NCBI GenBank assembly: GCA_010093605.1
Contig: MU004188.1
Coordinates: forward strand, 1,243,673-1,307,672
Direction: 5' to 3'
Origin: Lophium mytilinum
Lineage: Eukaryota
DNA: 64,000 nt
The notes under the pieces were generated by a model, which worked only from the letters and a program-made list of their open reading frames with translations, was not told the origin of the DNA and ran no database searches. Shown here in pieces: positions 37,354 to 47,670 of this stretch. Position numbers and translations under genes: made by a program. Within the stretch, counting starts at the first letter, position 1; every line of letters begins with the position of its first letter.

Positions 37354-40300
37354 CTACGCAAACACATCAGTAGCATACCGCTCATTCCTAATCCCCTCGA
37401 ACCACCTCTCCGCATCCGCCTCCCCCCTCTCCTTCCCCAGCTCCCTTGCTCGCTCCAACCACATCTTCCGCGCCGCGACCCCCACCGCCTCGCCCACCTC
37501 CCGACTGCCGCACACAAACACCTTCGCACCCTGATCGAACAGCGCAACCACTTCTCTGCGGTCCGCCCACAGCCGATCCTGCACGTACTTGCAATTCTCA
37601 GTTTCCGCGGGCGCGCGCGAGTAAGCGCGACGCACAGAAACGGCGCCCATAGCCTCCCAGCGCGCGAACTCGGCCGGGTACAGGTCGTCGGTGGTGGCGG
37701 AGTGGCAGCCGTAGAAGAGGAGCGCAGGGGCGAGAGGGCGGCCAGCGCCGATTTGGGCGGCGCGTTCTTGGATGAAGCCGCGGAAGGGTGCTATGCCTGT
37801 GAATCATTAGTACTGTTGTGCTTTTGAGAGAACGAGGGGAAAGGGGTGGTGCACCTGTTCCAGCAGCGATGCAGATCACGGGCACGTTTTCTGCGTCTTT
37901 GGGGAGGTGGAAGGCTTGGTGCGATGGCCGGATTGAGACATGTAGTGTGTCGCCTGTCTCGAGTTGGGAGAGGTAGCTGGATGCAACGCCGACGTGGCGG
38001 CCTTGGCCGCTGAGTGCAGGTTGATCGAGAACCGCGTAGGTAAGGGTGACGTGGGAAGGGTTCCAGAGGGGAGAGGAGGAGATAGAGTATTGGCGGACTC
38101 GCATTGGGGGGAGCATCTGCAAGAAGGGTCCGAGTGGGAGCGTCACGGACGGGAAACGTTCCAAGAGGTCGAGGAGGGATACACGCTTTGTGCTAATTTC
38201 GGTTGCGAATTCAGGGCCGCTTAGGCGCTTGAGTTCAGACTTGGCTGCTTCGTCGGTAGTGAGCTCCGCAAGTGCGAGGAGGTTGCGCTTGCTAGCTGGT
38301 TGAGCAAGCTCAATGTATGCTCCGAATACGTCTGCAGCGGAGACAGGTAGATCAGTTGGTAGAGTCGTAGGATGGGCGGTTGAGATCGTCAGCGTCGAGT
38401 CCAGGGCCAGCCCAAAGTACCGCATAGCACGATGAACGTTCTCCTTCGGGTTCAGGGGAAGTATGGCTAAGTAGTCGCCCGACGAGTAGGTCTGGTCTGA
38501 GGGCAGACTAATTTCGATATGCCTCTTCTCAAAAACCTCGGGTGTCGATAAAACCTTCGTGTCCACCACACGGGCCTCCATGACGTCCTGTCGAAGCGTG
38601 GATGCGCGAGGTGCGGATACTTCTATGTTAAGGCTAGCATCGAAGGACTCTCCTTCGGGTAGATCTGACGCTCCGTATTTCTTCGTCATGGCTGGCCAAA
38701 AGACTTGGTCTTCCCAGGTTTCAAAATCGGTGAACATGTCGCCCGCTGCAGCATTTGCTTTCCCCATTTCCACGATACGCTGGCCACCGCGCTGTTCTAG
38801 TATGTTGTCGATAGCCGTGGGAATCTTGTGGAATGTTTGAGCCCAATCTTGGTGACCACATCCGAAGACCGCATAGGAAACGTTTTCCATCTCGGAGCCC
38901 TTGAGAGACTCGAGCCACGAGAAGAAATGGCCAGCATTGTCGGGGGGCTGACCTTCGTACGATGCTGTGATGATTACAACGGGTTTATCGCGAGACAGAT
39001 TCTCCTTTGCAGAATCCAAAGTATTGACGACTTGTGCTTGGAACCCGTAGCTTGGTGCATCGCCCGCGAGTCTTTGCGCAAGAGCCTCGCAGGTGCCTGT
39101 GTTAGATCCATAGTAGATGGCTAGAGGCTTTCCAGTTTTCAAGGGCTTTTTAGCGGCTCCGTTGGTTTTCCCTTTCGATGGCGGCGCAGCTGACGGATTG
39201 AGCGATACCGAAGCTAATGATCGTTCTAGCGATGTTGGAGTGGCTTGATTCCTCAACTGTGCGCGCATATTGAATCCTTTCGGCTTAATCGTCAAGGTCT
39301 GTTTCATTTGAAGCTGATACGACGCAGAGTCCATTGAGAAGTTGAAATGTTGGAGCAGCATAGCAACGACAAGCAACGCCTCCTGCCATGCAAACGGGCG
39401 ACCAATACACCCGCGCATGCCGTTCCCGAACGGTTTCCAACAGTTTGGATGCTCGTTCTGAACGCGTTCGAACTCGGCGTCGAGCATTCTCTCGGGTTTC
39501 CATTCTGCGGCGTCTTCGCCCCAGACTAGAGGATCTTGTTGGATGGTTGGGAGTACCGCTACTATAGCTTCGCCCTTTGGGATTTCATATTTACCAGCGA
39601 GTACATCGTCTTCCTTTGCTGTAAACACTATCATAGGAGCGGTTGGCCATAGCCGAAGAGTCTCTCTCAGGATCGCGTTGATGAAGGGGAGTTTTGAAAG
39701 ATGATCAACGTTGATCGGGCCCTTTCCAATGACCGAATCAACTTCTTGTTGAGCTTTCTGATATGCAGCGGGATTCTTGAGAAGGTAGTAGAAAGCGAAA
39801 CTCAACATGCCCGAAGTTGTTTCGTGTCCTGCGATGAGAAACGTTATCATGTTGTCAGTGATGCTGTCGTCGGTCATGCCCTCCCCCGTTTTTGGGTCTC
39901 TTCCATTCAGCATGGCATTGAGGCTGCATCAATTAGTCTCATTGCTCATTGATCAAGACAGTTCTACATGCTTACAGGTCTTTTCGGTCAGAAGGATGAC
40001 TGCGCCTTGTCTTGATCACATCATCGCTTGTCTTTCGTAGAAGAGCGATGTCCTCTTCATACTTGCGTTGCGCCTCACGATAGAAAATTTGCGTGACTGC
40101 TGGGCGTCTACTCCGGTCTCCGGATTCTCGGAGAAAAGCGCCCATAGCGTCAATGAAAGGGTGCAATTCTTCATGGTAGTATGAATTGAAGCGGAAGTCC
40201 ATGGCACACAGCGCCAACGTGTCCAAGGTAAGTCTCGTAAAGTCGTCCGATGCGGGGATCACATGGTCTGGTCCATGTCTGGCCCACTTCATCACCAGTT

Positions 40301-40849
40301 GCGACGCAATGTCATGCATTTCGTCAAACATTCCCCTGATGGACAGCGGGCCAAAAGCGGGTATCAGAATACGATGCGCAATGCCCCAATTTCTTTCCTC
40401 AGGGCCATGCGCCGTGAAAAGGCCGTCTTTGTTATATATTAGTAGAGTAAGGTGTAGCATTTCGGGCAATGCGCTTATTTACCATGCACGCCATTCCGTA
40501 CCTCCTTTAAAGCAGAGGCAATGTGTTTACTGAATCTCTTCTCGTCACAGACCTCGTTCATCAACTCATGCGAGCCAATGAAGTATCTGGGCACTCCAGC
40601 AAAAGACAGTTTGAATATGGGGCCTAGACGTAGGACGAGTCAGTACGATAATTGCCAAAAAGGGAGAGATCGACAATTCCTGGACTCGGCTTGAAACCCG
40701 AAGTCTGTCCAGAAAACTAAAAGCAAAGACTAACCGTGGAGCTCATGGAGATGCATAAACGAGCGAATTGGGAGCTCGGGATCGATTTCGCGGATGTTGC
40801 CAAAGATTGGGACACCAGGCGGACTCGGAATAGGAATCATTTCAGGCAT
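37354..40849 (-). CDS. CYP505: Self-sufficient cytochrome P450/NADPH-P450 reductase fusion, CYP505 family (P450foxy-like fatty acid hydroxylase)
   Basis: AGHETT, ExLR, heme motif PFGNGMRGCIG, flavodoxin YYGSNTGTCE and TASYEGQPPDNA, FAD/NADPH motifs RQYSISSSP and AAGTGIAPFRGF, C-terminal RYATDVF. Multi-exon. Confidence 0.96.
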
Positions 40850-41068
40850 AGTTGGGTACCCCTTGGAAAGATTAGCCAGAAGATCCCAGGGAGGAGATTC
40901 AATATAATAGAATTGAGCACCGGACATGGAAAAGAAAGAATATAAATACCTTTGAGAATGTCTCGTACAGTGTCTGCACCGACATTATACCCCCACACTC
41001 CCTGATATTCTAGTGATGACGCGTTGTGTAGAGACCTTCGGCCGACTGTTTCGTACGCAGTAAAGATG

Positions 41069-41386
41069 CCTCGGTGTAGTCGTTGGATAGGAGGTGTAAG
41101 AATGCATCGGAGGAGGCGACGGAGAGGTGCTGCCTGCAGCGTAAATTTATTATCCCCACCGCGGCACTCAGGATGTTGTATCGTGTCGGCAGCTCCGCGC
41201 ATGGAGCGACCATGCAGCCAAAACTCCGCTACCTTGCCTACATGGGAAGCGACCGGAGAGGAGCTGGGAAACCACCCAGTCGGCGTCCGTTTTCTCAGTG
41301 GCCGTGCGTGCATGTGATTTCCGCAACATTCTTCTCCAAGGTGAGTCGTATCCCCAGACCGCTTCCTTGGCACACTCGCACCGAGG
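41069..41386. promoter_or_regulatory. Two CCTCGG/CCGAGG elements upstream of CYP505 (candidate FarA/CTF1 sites)
   Basis: CCTCGG at 41069-41074 and CCGAGG at 41381-41386, 220 and 530 bp upstream of the ATG. This is the known fatty-acid-response motif, but hexamers also occur by chance. Confidence 0.35.
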
Positions 41387-42696
41387 TGCGTGAATTTACG
41401 ATTTCTCCTAAAAAATACACACGTCTTTCTTCCCAAGTTTCATGCGTCTTGTTGAGGAGCTAGATAGGCGACGGTCCTCGATGTCGCTCATTTCAGCAGG
41501 GGCGGGAGTGATAGGAAGCGGTTGCTTCAAAGTGCGTCGCGCGAGGGATTCCAGTGCCACCGAAGGACTCTAGAAAGCAACAACATAACAGGAGGGTGCA
41601 ACTTCATGAAAAGTTGACACGTGAGACTTCTAATTCTGCGAAGACTCTGACTCCGTAAGCGAACACCACTGCGAGAGCTATTAATACAATCTTGCTTAGA
41701 CATCAGTGGAAGTGGTGCATGCCCTGGATAGACGACGATATTCGCGTTTCTGGTCTGAAGGGCGCATCTCGAGGTTCGGCTGTCTCACTAAAAAAGCTGA
41801 TTCATGAAAGTGACGGGAGCAAATGACGTAGCTTTCTATGCGGCTGCATTGTGGATATTTGCAAAAGTACGATGAGCTTCTTCTCTCCAAAGGATGAACA
41901 CTCCGAACAGATTGGCGCTTCAACTTGAGGCTGTTATGCTAGAAACAAACCGTGTCGAGCGCATGAATATGCGGAACTGCCAAGTGACTAACTCAAGGGC
42001 AGCGGCATTGTTATTAATGCGCAACCGGCATCCCGAGGTCTGATCGGCAAATTTGTCGTCTATGTCAAGCCACAGGGCGTAAGGCGAGCGTGTTGGATTA
42101 CAAAAGCTTGGCTGCGCTGCTCTGCTTGAGAATTCAGCCGCGCGCCGTGATTGGCTACATCTTGACATACACGCCTTTCTTTGATGCAAGCGAATGTCAT
42201 CGCTTGCTGTGATTGGCTGCTTTGAGAGCCAGGACACATTTTGCGCGGCGCCTGAGGGTGTCATACCGACAATTTTGGACGGTGCAGGGCGTATGTGGGA
42301 GTCAGCTTGTCAATAATTCGGCGCTGAAGGCGTGCTAGTAGATGGTTATGGAAGCATATTGGAAATGTGGTTGTAGAATTGTGGCTTGGAATTGCGAAGG
42401 GCGTGAGGAATGACTCGAAAGGATGAGTGTATATAAGGAGGGTGAGTTGACGGCTTTGAAGAGAATCATCAGAAAGCAAATCAACCAGCAATCAGTGTAC
42501 AGTCAACACTCCAGCTTCTTATATCAACTTCGATCAACTTCTTCGAACAAAATCTACTCCACCAACTTTCTACCAATACCACAACCTATCTTACCACTCC
42601 AAGAAGATCCAGCTTCGCATCTCAAGCCAGTCGAACACTCAACTACAAGTGCTTCCGCATAACCAAACTCACAACACCACCAAACCCAAAACCAAA

Positions 42697-42936
42697 ATGT
42701 CCTCCCAGAACATGTCGGCTCCCAAGAACTCCTTCGACTCCGCCTCCACCACTAGCCTTCTCTCAGCCTCTTCATCAGAGAAACCCACCAAATCCACATC
42801 ATCAGCGAAGAAGATCTACAAAGCTGTGGTTCAACACGCAAAGGAACATCACCAGAGCGTCAACGCCGCATTCGATACCTACTACGGTCCCGGACTCCGC
42901 AATGGCAGGTACGCCCCGACTACGAAGCGGGCGTGA
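42697..42936 (+). CDS. Small (79 aa) uncharacterised Ser-rich fungal protein
   Basis: ATG in caaaATG context after an A/C-rich leader and TATAA at ~42430. The motif HAKEHHQSVNAAFDTYYG looks like a conserved small fungal family. Confidence 0.7.
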   Translation: MSSQNMSAPKNSFDSASTTSLLSASSSEKPTKSTSSAKKIYKAVVQHAKEHHQSVNAAFDTYYGPGLRNGRYAPTTKRA

Positions 42937-43222
42937 GGGATGAGAGCAGCGAGGATTTGATGATGATGTTTGCTTTCAGCAGCGGTATTTCTTCAGCATT
43001 TGGATGGGCGTTTGATTAGGGTTCGGCAGGGTTGCATTCGCTTGCGGGTATGGGGAAGAGTGAAAGCCTTGGTGATATCATAGATTTGCGGGGGAATTAC
43101 TTAGAGACTAATATATCTAAATCTTGCTATTACTGTGCGACGAAATGGAAAAGTGGTCTTGTTCTATCGAAAAACCATGCCTGATGTATGAAAATAGCCC
43201 AAGGACCCAAAACTTACCAAAA

Positions 43223-45063
43223 TTACCACTCAATGTCCGCCTCGTCCGCCTCTACCCCTTTGGGGACTTCCTCTCCTTTCAGCGGCTCAATCTCGACTTC
43301 GAAAAGCATAGGCTTGCTGTTGCCGGCATGGCTAGCAACACAAGCCCTTATCTGCTTATTAAACATTCTCTTCAAGCTCTCGAAGCTCATCTCGTCATCC
43401 CGATCGATCGGGTCACCCTCACGACGACAGCCCGGTCCTTCCAGAGTGAAGACTATCCCATGGACATTCTCATCAAGTAGTAGCTCAAGAAATACCTCGG
43501 CTAAGGTCTTGTCCTGAAACTTGCCTTTTGGCTGCCACCCCTTTGTCTGGTATATAGGAACGCGGGATGAGATGACGCTGTAGACGAAGCTGACGGTCGA
43601 TTTAAGGCCCGGGGAGGGGCTCGGAAGAGCCGTTTGATTGGCTGCTAATTGCATGCTCTCTTCCATGGAAGCTGGCGTACGTATAACACTCAATTGCGGG
43701 ACGCCTCCAACTGTTTTCGAAAGGGTTGCTGCTGGTGTCGTGGTAATTTCGGGATCGATCACAGTTTTTGAACCGGACTCCGTGGACGCGTGTCCCGCTT
43801 GATCTCCTAATTCTGGCAAGACATTCCCCCCCTGAGTGTCTGTCGATGTATTTGATAGTTGGGCTTGTGCTTCATCTTGTTCGCAAGTCACCTGTATTTC
43901 GGTGTCCGTCGGAGACCCGATAGCCTCTCGTACCTGCTCATCCGTCGCACGGCCTGGCTTCTGGAGTACCTTCCTCCCTCTTGGCGAATTACGAGGCATA
44001 TAGCCCAGTGCACTCTTTCTAGCTGGGTATGTAGGGGGAAAGTACAAGCCATCATCCTTGGGCTTGGATGCCGTTGGTTTGGTTTTCTTCGACGAGGTCG
44101 CTCTCTGGGTGTGGTCTATGGGTTCTGCAGCACGTTTGAGACTCGGCATCGTTGCGTCGCTTGTTTCCGCACCTCGAGACGGGAAGTGTAATGTCGTGAT
44201 GCGGCGTTGCTTCTTCGCGATGTCAGCTGAACGGTCGAATTCGGCGACCAGACACATGGTGTGTTGAAGACATACTGTAGATGGTAATGGCTTTGGGCTA
44301 TGAGGCACAGTATAAACATCATCTTCGTCGGCGTCCTTCGTGTTAGCAATATTCACGTGTAGTCCGACCGATGTTGAGCTCGCGTGAGCAGTGGCACGTA
44401 TCGCGCGATTCTCTTCGGAAGAGCTGCTCTTTCCAACAGTGTCATATCTATTCATCGGATTAAAGTGGGTTCCGGTAGAATAAGGATTTCATTCTTTCGG
44501 GTACCTACTTGATCCCAACGCCAGGATGACTTCCGAATGGATTGTTTGGCTTTGTGTTGGAACCATCTACGTGGATGGGGTCTGTGGCGCTCCGGCCACG
44601 TTCGTGTGTTTCGTCTGCGCCAGACCTCTCTTTGCCCTTGTATTTATGATTGCGATACTGCTGTTGGTTGAGGCGGAACATCAGCTGTTTAACAAGGGTT
44701 TTGATCCTAGGAAAATCAGCGAATAGACCATAAGGTGAGTCTACATGCTTACTTCGAACGGTCTCTCGAATATTGTAGAACGTTGAGATTGGTGGAAGTC
44801 TCGTCGTCTGGCCAATACAGGTTTCCACGGCCCTCTTTCTCGAGATACGTTTCGGTCATCTCGTCAAGAGCAGTCTGTTGCTGCTGAGAGCTCCACTCGT
44901 AAAGGTCCATACCTACGAGCCCGGATGGTGATCGATAATTCTTTCTGAACATTTTGACATCGTCACTGAATGTTGGATGGCCGTTGCCGTACTGAAGCTG
45001 CCTACGTAGTTCAGTGATGTTTGGTACACTTGACGCAGAGCCTATAGTCTTCGTCGGAGACAT
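43223..45063 (-). CDS. Uncharacterised two-domain protein, paralogue A
   Basis: ORFs 44749-45063, 44505-44828 and 43223-44455 are joined by intron 44707-44752 and a second intron near 44450-44508. N- and C-terminal domains align with the gene at 50687-52715. Confidence 0.8.
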
Positions 45064-45615
45064 TTTGTAAAGGAGATATGTGTTACACAGATGAGAAAGG
45101 TGAGAGCGCGATGTGATAGTACTGGAAGACAGAGAAGAACCTGGGGGATGAGCTTACCCCTTCTTTCTACCCTCCATTACAAGTGCAATTGCGGCGAAGC
45201 ACTAGGCAGATGCAGAGACTTGCGCCCGAAACTCACCCTTGCGGGCTAGACCACCTTCGGCACTAACTGGAGGCCTCCTCGCCTCCTATGCCAACATCTA
45301 TTGGACAGAGATAAGGAGCTGATGGTCGATCGGTGAATGAAAGGCGGACTAGCTAGTTCTTAGTAAAGGAAGACAGGTGAGTTAGGCACTCACTGCACCG
45401 TGGGGTCCACCGACAGTCGATTAGGACCAGAAAAAGCAACAAAGTTTGCCTTGAGTGAATGCATTGTTGCCTGGCTCAAACAACCTTGGTCTCTGCAGTC
45501 AAGCCCGTCCTCTCGAGGAAAGGGGTTGTCGCGCGCGTATGAAGTCCTTCGTTTTGTTTCCTTCATCTTTCACACCCAATCAAGCAACCCAAGGTCTTCA
45601 AAAATCTTTCTCGAG

Positions 45616-46086
45616 ATGGACGTTTCAACGATTCTTGGAAGCTCTGTTGCCTCTGTATCTACTTCTGTCATTACCGTAGCCTTGACCGCCGTAACCACCA
45701 CGGTCGCCGTGGCCATCGACCGTAAGATTTTCAGGTCATCTCAGGTGACAACTGAAGTTCATAGGCCAGGTAGCCACACTATTTCTACGGTTGATATCAG
45801 CATTACTGACCGAGCAATATAGAAGCATACGGCCGTAATGCAACGCCGCACGACACATTTAATCGTTCAATCGCCGAGATGCGTTATACGGATGGGCAAG
45901 GCAACGTGCATATGGTACCCTACCCGTATGAGTTACACCTGTACCAAAAGGTGGGCACTGCCTGACGCAGTTCTTTGTGAGCCAAAACGCTGATACTCTA
46001 TCTCACAGTCCACACGTTTGCAACTTCCGAAAGGGCTGGACGTCCAGCAAGCCGCAAGGGCTATTCGAACGCTCGTAGGGCTCTGA
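45616..46086 (+). CDS. Small spliced orphan protein (119 aa) with hydrophobic N-terminus
   Basis: Exons 45616-45769, 45823-45950 and 46009-46086. Introns of 53 and 58 bp have GT-AG ends and ctgac/ctgat branch sites and keep the frame open: MDVSTILGSSVASVSTSVITVALTAVTTTVAVAIDRKIF...AIRTLVGL*. Confidence 0.6.
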
Positions 46087-46682
46087 CGCAATCAGACGTG
46101 GCAATACTTGGTCCATGATCGATGAATCCGAAACACTGCCACAGACCAGGGCTCAGCGGCTACATGAAGCTTTAGCTGTGAGGACTTGAGGGAGCCCCTG
46201 CACTTTTCCCTATGTTGTTTCATTTAGCCAATGACCTGTCTACTCCCATTGCTGCAAATTAGATTTCTTTAGATATTTCGAAGGAGCATTGCCTTTCATT
46301 GAGTCGTTTTTCCAATCGTATCGTGGTTAGGCCAGCTTTTCGTTCCTCGTAGGCATAGGCGTTTAGGCTGCGATGCAGTGTTGTGGCGACCGTTACATGT
46401 AACTGCAATCACTGCGCCGTAGCCCAGCCACAACGGCGACAAACATGGTGACAGGTTACACAATTAATTTTAGCGCCAGAGATCGTTTCCCGGCCTGCGA
46501 CTGAGACATTGAAAAAGACGAATTTTGCAAGGTGTCTGGCCTATAAGAAAAACGAGAGATAGTTAGAGAACACTTGCCGGCTCAATTGAGACAGCCGTGA
46601 TGGTTTGATCATGCGTCGACGCCGTAAATACCTGTTCAGGGGCTTGCAAAGCCCTTGCGCTCAGCTCGAGGCGGATGCTTCA

Positions 46683-47260
46683 TCAATGCAACGCAAGCGC
46701 CAGGGGTACATCAATAGGCTTGAATTTCACAATAGGGTCTCCCTTCAGCGCGTAAATCCGACAGAGGGCTGATATGGCCCATTCAAGACAGCGAACTGTC
46801 CAATTCAACGGGCGTCGTTCATGCCCATGCTGATCTCTAGCAAACTCCGTTAACGATACTCTTTTGGTGATGACATCAGTCAATATCGCATTGAAACAAG
46901 AGGAGATTTCAGGCGGCTGTGCCGCTTTCGTGGCTGCGGCGTGGTTGTTGAAAAGCTGGAGCATGAGTTGTCGTTGTGGCTGGTGCGGCACAGTTGGAAA
47001 GGAAGATAATTGCCAAGACTCGTAGCACATTCTCCAGGGCTTTCTATCTACGCCAATTATTTTTGGATCTTCTTTATCAATTTCTAAGCCTATAGGAAGT
47101 TTAGTATACACGACGTTCTGCTCTATAACTTTTTTTTCAAAGCTCTTTAACGTTCATTAATCCTATAACTATTGTATAAGTGCCACTACTATAACTATAA
47201 TATATATTCTCTTCGCATTTATAGAATGTACATATGTACATATGAGCGTAGGATAGAGAG
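46683..47260 (-). pseudogene. Probable gene fragment whose 5' part runs into an AT/TpA-rich patch
   Basis: 142-aa ORF (46683-47111) with protein-like composition and no ATG start (GTG in track); upstream ~47040-47260 is TA-rich. Confidence 0.35.
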
Positions 47261-47670
47261 ATGTGCAATTGTGATACGCCTAAATCATGGCGTATGCTCT
47301 TCTACTGTGTACCTAAAAGAGATCGTATCACGTGATGACGACTCATCAGACATTATTGTCCGCGAACTCGTCGTCGGCTGATTATTTTTTCGCTGTGATA
47401 AGTTGAATTGGCCGCGCTCTTTGGAAAACTAAGGGCTTTGGCGAATCATACATCATACCTCTGCGAATCGTCTCTCCTTGCCAGCGAAGATTCTCGACGA
47501 GCTAAGCTGAGCTGTGACGATCGCCTAGTGGGGAAACCCTGTAGACACCCTCCGAGGCTCCTTGCACAGCCCACCCTCGAGACGGCTGCCTTGGTGTCAG
47601 AATTCATGCTCTAAAATACTATTCTCCCAGTATGAGTTAGTTTTATACCCTTTCCATCTGGTCTGTCACC

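Noticed and set aside
25656..40849. Secondary-metabolite cluster (hydrolase, MFS, P450)
   Set aside because: No backbone synthase or cluster regulator, and housekeeping SIT4 and UPF3 are interspersed.
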